Positions 46,226 through 56,228 of a stretch of 64,000 nt of DNA are shown here, in pieces. The notes beneath the pieces are model-generated. The model was not told where the DNA came from, made no database searches, and saw only the letters and a program-made list of their open reading frames with translations. This DNA is from Acidobacteriota bacterium (GTDB lineage: Bacteria; Acidobacteriota; UBA6911), in contig JAFGAO010000027.1 in assembly GCA_016933615.1 (NCBI GenBank), positions 493-64,492 of the forward strand. The letters run 5' to 3'. Position numbers and translations under genes: made by a program. Each line of letters begins with the position of its first letter. Position 1 is the first letter of the stretch.

Positions 46226-47272
46226 CTATGATTCCTTTCGGGTGCGGCCGGTTTGGTTTTTTTTCAAAAAGTCAACATCCTTTTCCAGTACGCGGATTCT
46301 TTTGAAAAGATCCGCCAATTTAGGAAACACGGTGACGGAGCGCAGCCAGGACCGGTTGTCAAAGGCAGGGGAACCCGAAACAACCGCTTTCGCAGGAACG
46401 TCGTGCGACGTTCCGCTCTGGGCCGTGACAACGGCTCCGTCCCCGACATTGAGATGGCCTGCAAATCCCGCCTGTCCTCCGACCCAGACCCCGCGGCCCA
46501 GTCGCGTGGATCCCGCAAGACCCGCCTGGGCTGCAAGGACGCAATCCTCACCGACCCGACATCCGTGGCCTATTTGGACCAGGTTGTCCAGCTTCGCTCC
46601 CCTGCGGATGACGGTCTCGCCGACAGCAGCCCTGTCGATGGTCGTGTTTGCTCCGATTTCCACGTCGTCCTCAATGGTAACGGTTCCGGTCTGGACGATT
46701 TTATAAAAGCCGCCGTCCTCGGTGGGTGCAAACCCCAGACCGTCGCTGCCTATAACGACCCCGTTCTGGAGAATCACCCTGTTTCCCAAACGGCAATGCT
46801 CGCGAACTGTGACGCAGGAATGAATCAGCACATCGTTCCCTATGCGGACGCCGGGATAAAGGACGACATTGGGAAACAAAGTGACGCCGGAGCCCAGCCT
46901 GCATCCTTTGCCGATCGCCGCGTGCGCTCCAATGCTTGCATTCGCGCCGATTTCAACATCCACGTCGACAAACGCAGTAGGGTGGATCCCGGGTTCCTGG
47001 CGAAGCGGGATATGAAAAATTTCGAGAGCGTGCGCAAATGCGATATAAGGATCTTCCGTCCGCAGACTGGGAATTGCCACCGGCGGTATATTCTCGGCCA
47101 AGATGACCGCCGCCGCCCGGGTATTTTTTAAGCGGCGGATATATTTGCGGTTGGAAATAAAGGACAGATCCCCGGGACCGGCTTCTTCAATGCCGGCAAT
47201 CCGCAGGATTTCCACATCTTCGGCGCTTTCCATCCGGCAGCCGATTCGTACTGCGATTTCCGATAGCTTCAT
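46226..47272 (-). CDS. lpxD: UDP-3-O-acylglucosamine N-acyltransferase
   Basis: Starts at MKLSEIA...; contains FISNRKY, a long left-handed beta-helix of hexapeptide repeats, and a C-terminal coiled tail. The start is ATG 47272. Confidence 0.9.
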   Translation of the reverse strand: MKLSEIAVRIGCRMESAEDVEILRIAGIEEAGPGDLSFISNRKYIRRLKNTRAAAVILAENIPPVAIPSLRTEDPYIAFAHALEIFHIPLRQEPGIHPTAFVDVDVEIGANASIGAHAAIGKGCRLGSGVTLFPNVVLYPGVRIGNDVLIHSCVTVREHCRLGNRVILQNGVVIGSDGLGFAPTEDGGFYKIVQTGTVTIEDDVEIGANTTIDRAAVGETVIRRGAKLDNLVQIGHGCRVGEDCVLAAQAGLAGSTRLGRGVWVGGQAGFAGHLNVGDGAVVTAQSGTSHDVPAKAVVSGSPAFDNRSWLRSVTVFPKLADLFKRIRVLEKDVDFLKKNQTGRTRKES

Positions 47273-47454
47273 AGACAGGTCCGGGTATAGAGGTTTGAAA
47301 ACAACTCCGTGCAGGATGTCATCACGAAGAGCGTTTATAGTAGTATGATATTTCTGCACGCGTCAAGCAGGTGAGGGAAGCGGCATTAAAAAGAATATTC
47401 GGCGATATCTGTTAAAAAAGTTCGAATGTTCACCATGGGCTCGAGATTATTCCT

Positions 47455-48342
47455 ATGTCCCGTAACTTCCTGCCGGAATATGAAACCTATCTGCGGGTGG
47501 AAAAGGGCCTCGCGGCCAACAGTGTGCAGGCGTACGTCCGGGATATCCAAAAATTGGATGCCTACGCCCGGGAAAGTGGGAAAGAACCTCCTTCTTTGCG
47601 GCAGGCGGATATCCAGGATTGGCTGCGGCAGCTTTCTGTAGGGGGATTGGCTCCGAGATCGAGCGCAAGGGCCTTCAACGCAGCCCGGAGCTACTACCGG
47701 TTTCTCATGAATGACCGGATCATCTCTTCGGATCCGACCGAACACCTGGAATCCCCGCGAGCGGCAAAGCCCCTGCCGCGGTTTCTCAACAGTGAAGAGG
47801 TTATCCGTCTTCTCCATGCCCCGGATTTGGAAACTGCCATCGGAAGCAGGGACAGGGCGATGCTCGAAATTCTTTACGCCACCGGCCTGCGCGTCAGCGA
47901 ACTTGTTTCCCTGCAGATGGCACAGGTGGATCTGCGGCTGGGAATCGTTACCTGCGTCGGGAAGGGAAACAAGGAAAGAATCATTCCGGTCGGGTTGGAA
48001 GCCGGAGCCAGGATAGAAGAATACGTGAGAAAATTCCGATCCCGGCTGCTAATGGACAAAAAGAGCAATTATCTCTTCGTTACGGGCAGGGGATCGGGCA
48101 TGACCCGCCAGGGGTTTTGGAAAAATCTGAAGAATTACGGGCAAAAAGTTTCCATCGCCAAACGCCTGACGCCGCACATGCTGCGGCACAGTTTTGCGAC
48201 CCACCTTCTGGAAAACGGTGCGGATCTGAGGTCGGTCCAGCTTATGCTCGGACACTCCGATATATCCACAACCCAGATTTATACCCACATCACCCGCCAA
48301 CGTCTGAAGCAGGTCTACAAGCGGTACCATCCCAGGGCTTAA
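47455..48342 (+). CDS. xerD: site-specific tyrosine recombinase XerD
   Basis: Collinear with E. coli XerD as I remember it: [67 protein letters not shown], and a C-terminal HPRA. Confidence 0.9.
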   Translation: MSRNFLPEYETYLRVEKGLAANSVQAYVRDIQKLDAYARESGKEPPSLRQADIQDWLRQLSVGGLAPRSSARAFNAARSYYRFLMNDRIISSDPTEHLESPRAAKPLPRFLNSEEVIRLLHAPDLETAIGSRDRAMLEILYATGLRVSELVSLQMAQVDLRLGIVTCVGKGNKERIIPVGLEAGARIEEYVRKFRSRLLMDKKSNYLFVTGRGSGMTRQGFWKNLKNYGQKVSIAKRLTPHMLRHSFATHLLENGADLRSVQLMLGHSDISTTQIYTHITRQRLKQVYKRYHPRA

Positions 48343-48349
48343 AAGAGAT

Positions 48350-50704
48350 TTATGTACGGATTGAAAGAAACATCCATAATCCGGAAGCTCCGAAAAGCAT
48401 GTTGGGCGCCCAGGCTGCCAGCAAGGGAGTCAGGACACCGTTGCCACCCATCGCTTCGAAAAAACCCACCACAAGCATGTAAATCATCGCAATCCCTATG
48501 CTGGCGCCGATGCCGAAAAAAGCGCCTTTGCGCCCGATGATGAAGGAGAACGGGATGGCCAGAAGCGTCATAATCAGGCAGCTTAACGGAAAAGAAATTT
48601 TCTTGTAGAGTTCAACCTGAAGCTCCACGGCGTTGTAGCCGGTATCTTTCAAATATTCGATGTGCGTCTTCAGCCGGAAGTAGGTCATCTTCGACGATTC
48701 CTTCGGCTGAAAAACCTCCCTTTCAAAGTACTCGGCCCGTTCGGGGAAAGAAAAGTTCCCGGATTGGACCATCCTGAATCCTTCCTGCTTCAGCGTATAG
48801 TCCCGGATCCACGCATCTTCCAGCCTCCATTGTCCGGCGCCGGTAATGGCGGCTCTGGAAGCATGGATGCGTCTCAGCATTGTCGCCGAATCGAAATCCA
48901 TCTCATAAACATTGAGGCCCACAAAGGAATCGTTTTTGCCGTCGAAATGCTCGTAGTTGAATATCCTGCCCGATTCCCCAAGAATCCACTTTCTGATGGG
49001 TATCGTGGTTTGGGGGGCGCGGTTCTTGATCTTGTTCCAAATCCCGTCCTGCTTTTCATTGGCGGTGGGCAGGACGTAATCCTGCATTAAGAACAGGCCG
49101 AGGCAGAATCCGGATGCCAGCAGGAATATCGGTATGGAAAGGCGGTACAGGCTCCAGCCCCCGGCCTTGACCGCCGTAATCTCCGAGTTTTTTTCAAGGA
49201 TGCCGAAATTGATGAGGATGGCTAGCAGTATGGACATCGGCACCGCAAGTGTCAATATCTGCGGCATATAGAAAATGAAATACTTCACGATCTCAACGAC
49301 CGGTATCTGGTTGCGGATGGCATCATCCAGAAGCTCGAAAAGGGTGAGAATAATGAACAGGAAACTGCAGGCAATCAGGCTCCAGAAGAAATAGACCAGA
49401 AACCCCCTGGCTATGTAAAGATCGAAAATCTTCGGGAAGAGGAACCGGATAACCGAACCGATGATCTGTACCATCCCGTTATCGACGCGGGAAATACGCT
49501 TTTGAAGGCGTTGCATGTGAAGCCGTAAGCCCAAATATTCCCATCCGTGCTTCCATCGATCGGCGGACAGCCAGGAATCGGTTTTCAGGCTTCGTTCGGC
49601 CTTCATAAGTAGAAAAATCCCGATGAATCCCAAAATGACGGCCGGGGACCACAAACCGACCCAGGGTCTGATTTGCTCGACGGACGCAAGCCGTATTCCG
49701 TTGATGAAAAGGATGTAAAAAAGCAGAACGATAAGCAGGCTCAGGGCAAAACCAGAAGTCCTGCCGCCTTTTTTGGCGCTGGCGGCAAGCGAAAGCCCTA
49801 GAAGCGAAAAAGGAAAAACTGAAAAGGGGAGTGAAAATCTTTTATGGAGCTCAACCAGAGCTTGCGTCTTTGTGGATTCTTCCGCATTTCGCGAACGGAA
49901 CCATAGTGCGAGAGTGGACATTTCACTGGCTTTTGGGGGCCCGCCGTTCATTCTGCCGGATGCGTCCGGAAAGTTGCTTCCGTCCGATAAGTCATTCATT
50001 TCAATATTGATGTCGTAATCCTTGAAAAATCGGAATACCCTTTCATCCCCGGGATTCTGGGGATCGAAAGTGTAGCTGGATCCATTTTCCAGGTGAAGCT
50101 GGAGGCGTTTTTGTGCGGCGTCGGTTATTATCAGCGCACCGTATTTTGCCAGGAATGTCCGGGGAGCAGCAGGGTCGGAATTATCGGCGACAAATACGTT
50201 CGACCAGCCTTTTCTGTCCGGCGTAATGTCATCGATGTAAAAGACCATCTTCGGAAGGTCGTCGTTGAACACGCGCGGACGCAGCTCCGAAGGCGCGAGG
50301 GAAAGGCTCAATTCGTCTCTCATGTTCCGGACTTTTTCGTTCGCTTTCGGCATAATCTCAAGAGACATTACCGCCGTAGACAGGCCTACGAAAATGCCCA
50401 GTATGAAAAGCGGTCTAAGAAGCTTTCTTACGGGAACGCCGCAGGCCCGGATGGCCGTTATCTGATTTTCGCCGTTGAGTCCTCCTATGCCGATCAGAAT
50501 TCCGATCAGGTAGGAAATCGGGAAGGAAAAAATCAGGATCGCCGGCAAAACGGCTGCAGAAAGGCTGAAAATCAAATCGAGAGATGCATTATAGGCTGCG
50601 AAATCGCCGATCCTTATTACAAAAACCAGAAAGGTTAATATGGACAGTGCAATGATAAAGGGAGGCAGGACGGCACGATATATTAATTTGTCTATTTTGC
50701 TCAT
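48350..50704 (-). CDS. fused LptF-LptG LPS export ABC transporter permease
   Basis: Two YjgP/YjgQ permease modules in one ORF. The first starts IDKLIYRAVLPPFIIAL. The second starts IFDLYIARGFLVYFFWSL. Each has a large periplasmic insert and C-terminal TM helices. ATG 50704 is preferred over TTG 50752. Confidence 0.8.
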   Translation of the reverse strand: MSKIDKLIYRAVLPPFIIALSILTFLVFVIRIGDFAAYNASLDLIFSLSAAVLPAILIFSFPISYLIGILIGIGGLNGENQITAIRACGVPVRKLLRPLFILGIFVGLSTAVMSLEIMPKANEKVRNMRDELSLSLAPSELRPRVFNDDLPKMVFYIDDITPDRKGWSNVFVADNSDPAAPRTFLAKYGALIITDAAQKRLQLHLENGSSYTFDPQNPGDERVFRFFKDYDINIEMNDLSDGSNFPDASGRMNGGPPKASEMSTLALWFRSRNAEESTKTQALVELHKRFSLPFSVFPFSLLGLSLAASAKKGGRTSGFALSLLIVLLFYILFINGIRLASVEQIRPWVGLWSPAVILGFIGIFLLMKAERSLKTDSWLSADRWKHGWEYLGLRLHMQRLQKRISRVDNGMVQIIGSVIRFLFPKIFDLYIARGFLVYFFWSLIACSFLFIILTLFELLDDAIRNQIPVVEIVKYFIFYMPQILTLAVPMSILLAILINFGILEKNSEITAVKAGGWSLYRLSIPIFLLASGFCLGLFLMQDYVLPTANEKQDGIWNKIKNRAPQTTIPIRKWILGESGRIFNYEHFDGKNDSFVGLNVYEMDFDSATMLRRIHASRAAITGAGQWRLEDAWIRDYTLKQEGFRMVQSGNFSFPERAEYFEREVFQPKESSKMTYFRLKTHIEYLKDTGYNAVELQVELYKKISFPLSCLIMTLLAIPFSFIIGRKGAFFGIGASIGIAMIYMLVVGFFEAMGGNGVLTPLLAAWAPNMLFGASGLWMFLSIRT

Positions 50705-51173
50705 ATCCCGCGCGATTCGCTTATTGGTTATATTCCCGTAATGGCGCTTCAAAAGGGAATCATTGCCGTCCGGCGTTCCGGCAGGGGGTTATCTTACCGC
50801 TAATCAAATCAAAGGTATATATTCAATTTAATCCCGTTGTTTTCTAAGGCGGCTTGTCAAAGAACCGGCTCAACGCCGGATTTTTTTAAAACACCCGTCA
50901 TTCTAAAATAGGGCGCAAATTGGGGCTATAAAATCTTAAAGTACTAATTGAATAAATATATTATATATAAACGTTAATAAATAAATATTTAGTCTAAAAT
51001 TCAGGATAAATCAAGCATTTCAGAAATAATTTTCGCCCGATTTTTTATGTTTTCACTACTTCTGATAAGATATCTTATGTAAACTATGGAAAATGCCTGC
51101 ATTCACCCCTTTAGGATGTCGCTCCCTAGGTTCCCCTCTGGATATTTTTTGTTTTCTATTGTTTACGGCAAGG

Positions 51174-51671
51174 CTACATTTTGTATTTGCCGAGTTCTTC
51201 CGGATTTAAATTTTCGAGCCACTTCCGGATATCCTCAGGAGAGCTTTTATCGGCCGAGAGCGTCGTCGAGGCCGTGCTGGCCGATTTTGACAGCACTTCG
51301 TCTGTGACGAAAATGGGAGAGTCCGTGCGCAGTGCCAGCGCTATGGCATCGGACGGCCGCGAATCGACCGTGACCACCTTCCCGCCGGCGTTAAGGAATA
51401 TCAGGGCATAAAATGTGTTGTCCTTGAGTTCGGTTACCACTATTTTGGTAACCTGAACATCCAGGTGATTCAAAAGTCCCTTCATCAAATCGTGCGTCAT
51501 GGGACGCGGCGTATCCACCTTTTCAATTTGCAGCGCAATTGCGTTCGCCTCAAAAATACCAACCCAGATGGGAAGCAGCGTATCGCTGGATGTTTCCTGC
51601 AGAACTACAATGGGCGAATTGGTAAGCGGATCCATCATCAGACCTTTGATTTTAAATTCTATCTCTTTCAT
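51174..51671 (-). CDS. bifunctional nuclease (BFN/DUF151) family protein with a UVR-like tail
   Basis: Contains MKEIEFKIKGLMMDP.TNSPIVVL, LPIWVG..EA.AI, RP.THDL and ARPSDAIALALR. ATG 51671 follows GGAGGG. Confidence 0.8.
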   Translation of the reverse strand: MKEIEFKIKGLMMDPLTNSPIVVLQETSSDTLLPIWVGIFEANAIALQIEKVDTPRPMTHDLMKGLLNHLDVQVTKIVVTELKDNTFYALIFLNAGGKVVTVDSRPSDAIALALRTDSPIFVTDEVLSKSASTASTTLSADKSSPEDIRKWLENLNPEELGKYKM

Positions 51672-51705
51672 GGTCCCTCCCTCAATTCGGGTTCTACATA
51701 CCTGA

Positions 51706-53040
51706 TTATTCCAAACCCTGCTCATGAAGCCAAGACCCTTTTAGGCTGTTGGGGCCGAAACCGGTAATCCGGACCCGGGCGAAGGATCCTATAAGGGTTT
51801 CCGGCCCGTCAAAATTTACGATTTTATTGTTGCCCGTCCTGCCGGTCAGAGAAACACGGCTGCGGGCCCGGCCATCCACGAACACTTCCAGGATCCGCCC
51901 CATATAGGTCTGGTTGATCCGGGACTGAATCTCCCTCTGGCGCTGTTGCAGAACCGTCAGCCGCCTGGATTTCTCCTCATCCGGCACGGCTCCGTCAATG
52001 TCCAGCGCCTCGGTGTTCGGCCTCGGGGAATACTTGAAGGAAAACGCGCTGTCATAGCGCACCGTCTCCATGAGAGTCAGCGTATCTTCGAAATCTCTTT
52101 CCGATTCTCCCGGAAAACCGACGATGATATCGGTGGATATGGAAATGTCGCGGGGCGCATTCACTATTTTTTGCACGATTTCAAGATAGTCCTCACGCGT
52201 GTAGCCGCGCCGCATGGCGCGCAGAATTTTCGTCGATCCGGACTGGACCGGCAGATGGATGTGGTTGCAAACCCGGGGGCAGGACACCATCACATCCAGC
52301 AGATCCCGGGTAAAATCGGACGGGTGCGGCGAGGTGAACCGGATGCGCTCGATTCCCTCAACTTGAGCCGCACGCCATAAAAGCTCGGCGAAGTCTACGT
52401 TGCCTCCCTCACGGTCCAGATACGAATTAACCGTCTGGCCCAGCAGCATGATTTCCACGTACCCTTCGGCGGCCAGTTTTTCTATTTCGCGCAGAATGTT
52501 CCGGCTGCTTCGGATCCTCTCTTTCCCCCTTGTTTTGGGGACAACACAGTAGGTGCAGCTGCGGCTGCACCCTTCACTGACGGTTACGCCGGCGCGCCAC
52601 GGATTTTCCCGCCGCGTCGGGCCGTCTTCGATCGGGGGGCCGGATTCGTCATCCGACCTCAGGTCGATTCTCGCGCCGCCGGAAGGCCGGCTTCGCTCGA
52701 CGAGCGCGTATATGGCGTGGCTTTTTTGAGGACCGGCAATGATGTCGACATAGGGCGCTCTTTTGAGTATTTTCTCTCCCTCGAGCTGCGCCATGCAGCC
52801 GAGGACTCCGACGACAACATCCCCGCGCATCTTTTTATACCGCCTGAATTCGCCCAGACGCGCGTACACTTTTTGAACCGCCCTGTCCCGGACGCTGCAG
52901 GTATTCAGAAGGACTACGTCGGCTTCAAAAGGGCTCTCGGCCGGCTCCATTGCATTGCAGCAAAGGTTCCCGGCTATTTTCTCGGAATCCAGGGCGTTCA
53001 TCTGGCAGCCGAATGTTTCAATATAAAATTTCTTTGCCAT
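51706..53040 (-). CDS. miaB: tRNA-i6A37 methylthiotransferase MiaB
   Basis: Contains FYIETFGCQMN..DSE (UPF0004 domain), the radical-SAM CxxxCxxC motif (EGCSRSCTYCVVP) and a C-terminal TRAM domain. The start is ATG 53040. Confidence 0.9.
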   Translation of the reverse strand: MAKKFYIETFGCQMNALDSEKIAGNLCCNAMEPAESPFEADVVLLNTCSVRDRAVQKVYARLGEFRRYKKMRGDVVVGVLGCMAQLEGEKILKRAPYVDIIAGPQKSHAIYALVERSRPSGGARIDLRSDDESGPPIEDGPTRRENPWRAGVTVSEGCSRSCTYCVVPKTRGKERIRSSRNILREIEKLAAEGYVEIMLLGQTVNSYLDREGGNVDFAELLWRAAQVEGIERIRFTSPHPSDFTRDLLDVMVSCPRVCNHIHLPVQSGSTKILRAMRRGYTREDYLEIVQKIVNAPRDISISTDIIVGFPGESERDFEDTLTLMETVRYDSAFSFKYSPRPNTEALDIDGAVPDEEKSRRLTVLQQRQREIQSRINQTYMGRILEVFVDGRARSRVSLTGRTGNNKIVNFDGPETLIGSFARVRITGFGPNSLKGSWLHEQGLE

Positions 53041-53062
53041 ATCAATTTCCGGCACAGAAGCG

Positions 53063-54769
53063 CTATTGCACTTCGCCTTCGGTGCCTTCGAGCATCTCTT
53101 CCGCATGCCGCCGCGTCGTTTCCGTGATGATTTCTCCTGCCAGCATCCTCGAGATCTCTGTGATCCTCTCTTCCCGGGACAGGGGGTGGGCGACCGTTTC
53201 GGTTCTGTTGTCGGCCTCGCGTTTCTGAACGCTGAAGTGGGTGCGCGCGAATGCGGCGATCTGGGGCCAATGCGTTACACAAAGAACCTGATTGTTTTTC
53301 GACAGTTTCTGCAGGCGCCTGCCCACCGCCTCCGCGACCCGGCCGCCGATACCGGCATCCACCTCGTCGAAAACCAGCGTTTTCCCGCGGTCTTCGTCCC
53401 CGCAAATGGACTTAATCGCCAGCATCAGGCGCGAAAGCTCCCCGCCGGAAGCGATTCGGGCAAGGGGCCTCATAGCCTCCCCCTTGTTCGGGGCTATTAA
53501 AAACTCTATATTGTCCAGTCCATGGAGTCCATAGGAACCGTGAATGAGACCATCCCCCGCGTCGTCTTTCGCCCCCTGAAAATACACTTCAAGCTTCATT
53601 TCGGGCATGGCCAGGGCAAAAAACTCTTTTCTTATTTCCTTTTCCAGTTTCGAGGCGTCCCTGGTTCTTTTTTCCGAAAGCTGCCGCGCGCACGCGAGGT
53701 AGTGCGCCGTGAGCGCTTCCAGCTGTTTTTCGAGGCCGGCGGATGCATCTGCCGAAGCGGTCAGGTTTTCCAGCTCCTGTCTGCAGGTCTCGGTGTACTG
53801 GAAGATGTCGCCTCCCGAAACACAGTATTTCCGGGACAGCCTGTCCAGTGCCAACAGTCTCTGCTGGGCCTGTTCGAGACGCTCCGGGCTGAAGTCGCAC
53901 CGGGCCGCGTAATCCCGGGCGGCCAGGGCGATGTCCTCCGCCCGGAACAGGCACTCTTTGAGGGACTCACCGTGCTGTGTCCAGCTTCCGTCGAATCGTT
54001 CCAATTCCTGCAGTAACCGCTCCAGGCGCCGCATCCCGGCCAGAATGGAAGATTCGCTCTCGTATAGGACCGAATAGGCCTCCGTGGCGGCAGCCATGAT
54101 TTTCTCGCTGTTGGACAGGACGGCGATTTCCCTTTCCAGATCCTCCCTCTCGTTGGAAAGCGGCGCGATGCGGCGTATTTCTTCCAGCTGGAAACGGAGG
54201 ATTTCGATGCGGCGGAGCCGTTCTTCCTTGTTTGCTTCGAACTCAAGGAGGCGCCCGGCGGTTTCGCGGAGTAATTTATAACGCCGGCGCACTTCCGAAA
54301 GCAAGATTCCGTTGTCCCCGTAATAATCGAGCCATTCGAGGTGGGCGGACAGATCCAGAAGCGATTTCTGATCCTGTTGGCCGTGGATGTCCGCCAGGCG
54401 CTCTCCGATCGTTTTCAGGAGGTTCAGGGTGGCGAGATGCCCGTCGATGAACACCCTGCTGCGCCCCGACGCGGATATCTCTCTCCGGATAAGTAGCCTG
54501 TTTTCTTCGTTTTCAAACCCCGCATCCGCCAGTATCCGGGACAGCTCATTGGCCGGCTCCATTTCGAACATTCCCTCTATGACCGCAGAATCGCAGCCGG
54601 AACGGATCATGTCCTGGGACGATCGGTTCCCTATCAGCATGCCGAAAGCATCCACCAAAATCGATTTCCCGGAGCCGGTTTCACCGGTCAGAAGGTTCAA
54701 ACCTTCATCGAACTCCATTTCCAGTTCACGGATCAGCGCGAAATTTCGAATTCTCAACAAGCGGAGCAT
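53063..54769 (-). CDS. recN: DNA repair protein RecN
   Basis: Contains MLRLLRIRNFALI, Walker A GETGSGKSI, long coiled coils, the SMC signature ASGGELSR and Walker B LVFDEVDAGIGG. The start is ATG 54769. Confidence 0.93.
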   Translation of the reverse strand: MLRLLRIRNFALIRELEMEFDEGLNLLTGETGSGKSILVDAFGMLIGNRSSQDMIRSGCDSAVIEGMFEMEPANELSRILADAGFENEENRLLIRREISASGRSRVFIDGHLATLNLLKTIGERLADIHGQQDQKSLLDLSAHLEWLDYYGDNGILLSEVRRRYKLLRETAGRLLEFEANKEERLRRIEILRFQLEEIRRIAPLSNEREDLEREIAVLSNSEKIMAAATEAYSVLYESESSILAGMRRLERLLQELERFDGSWTQHGESLKECLFRAEDIALAARDYAARCDFSPERLEQAQQRLLALDRLSRKYCVSGGDIFQYTETCRQELENLTASADASAGLEKQLEALTAHYLACARQLSEKRTRDASKLEKEIRKEFFALAMPEMKLEVYFQGAKDDAGDGLIHGSYGLHGLDNIEFLIAPNKGEAMRPLARIASGGELSRLMLAIKSICGDEDRGKTLVFDEVDAGIGGRVAEAVGRRLQKLSKNNQVLCVTHWPQIAAFARTHFSVQKREADNRTETVAHPLSREERITEISRMLAGEIITETTRRHAEEMLEGTEGEVQ

Positions 54770-55035
54770 AACGGTTACGTCCTGCTTTCCATTGTGGATT
54801 CCAGGTCCAGTTGAGTCTAACATACGGCGTGCCGTGCCCTAAAAATGTTTTGAAGAATCCAGGTTCGCAGCCGCCTGAGGTTTGTTTCTCCAATCCCATT
54901 TCGATATCGATGCAAAAGGTCCGGCCCCATATTTGGTGAATTGGCTTGCCCGGTACGCTATAATACCTACCGCATTTGAGAGCCGTAGCCTTATTTTCAT
55001 GGAGGAAGCGAGCCATTTTACCCATAACAGCTTTA

Positions 55036-55749
55036 ATGCTACAAGCGGCGCCTGCCGCAGACGCCCCGTTTGGAGGCAGCCTTTTGGGAATGATTCTGCG
55101 AAGCGGCGTCTTTGCCCAGATCATACTGCTGCTGCTGCTGGCTTTTTCCCTTCTGTCCTGGACGATTATTCTCCGCAAGTGGCTGACCTTGCGCCAGGTA
55201 AGGCAGAAAAACCGCGAATTCGTCGAGTTTTTCAGGAATTCCGCCCGCCTGAGCGAAATACAATCCGCCTGCGGGCACTATCAGGGATCGCCGTTGTCCG
55301 GGATATTCGAGGCGGCCTACCGGGAACTGAACGCGCAAGTCCAGGCACTCAAGGGGCACAGTCCCGAAAATCCGGTCCTGTCGGAAAGACACGTGGCCGG
55401 AATTCAGCGCTCTCTGCAGAGGGCTTCCGCTTCCGAGCTTTCACAGCTTGAAAAAAACGTAAGCTGGCTGGCTACGACGGGATCGGTTACGCCCTTTATC
55501 GGACTTTTGGGGACCGTTGTGGGCATCATCAACGCTTTCCTGGGGCTGGGAATGGAGAAAACGACATCCATACAGGCGGTGGCTCCCGGAATTTCGGAAG
55601 CCCTGGTCGCCACGGCCGCCGGACTTTTTGCAGCCATTCCCGCCGTGATTGCGTACAACCATTTCATAGGCGGGATTAAGGATATCGCCGCCGATATGGA
55701 CGACTTTTCGTCGGAATTCCTGAACCTTGTCCAACGGAGCTTCAGCTAA
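55036..55749 (+). CDS. tolQ: Tol-Pal system protein TolQ (MotA/TolQ/ExbB channel)
   Basis: Three TM helices with the conserved FIGLLGTV.GI and A.GI.EAL..TA.GL..AIPA pattern. It is the first gene of the tol cluster. The start is uncertain (54976, 55036 or 55090). Confidence 0.85.
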   Translation: MLQAAPAADAPFGGSLLGMILRSGVFAQIILLLLLAFSLLSWTIILRKWLTLRQVRQKNREFVEFFRNSARLSEIQSACGHYQGSPLSGIFEAAYRELNAQVQALKGHSPENPVLSERHVAGIQRSLQRASASELSQLEKNVSWLATTGSVTPFIGLLGTVVGIINAFLGLGMEKTTSIQAVAPGISEALVATAAGLFAAIPAVIAYNHFIGGIKDIAADMDDFSSEFLNLVQRSFS

Positions 55750-56172
<423 letters not shown>

Positions 56173-56228
56173 ATCAGTCTGCAGTCGGCAGCCGCCATTT
56201 ACTTTTTTTCATTATTTTCGCTAATACA

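Noticed and set aside
47455-48342. Tyrosine recombinase as a phage or ICE integrase marking a mobile element.
   Set aside because: The sequence is collinear with chromosomal XerD, including the C-terminal HPRA. It is flanked by lpxD and lptFG, and there are no phage or conjugation genes.
50950-50980. dif (XerCD) site in the AT island 2.6 kb from xerD.
   Set aside because: Only the AT-rich central and right part resembles known dif sites, and it needs a 2-nt insertion. No XerC-arm-like GC-containing half is present. I kept this only as a weak remark within the AT-island finding.
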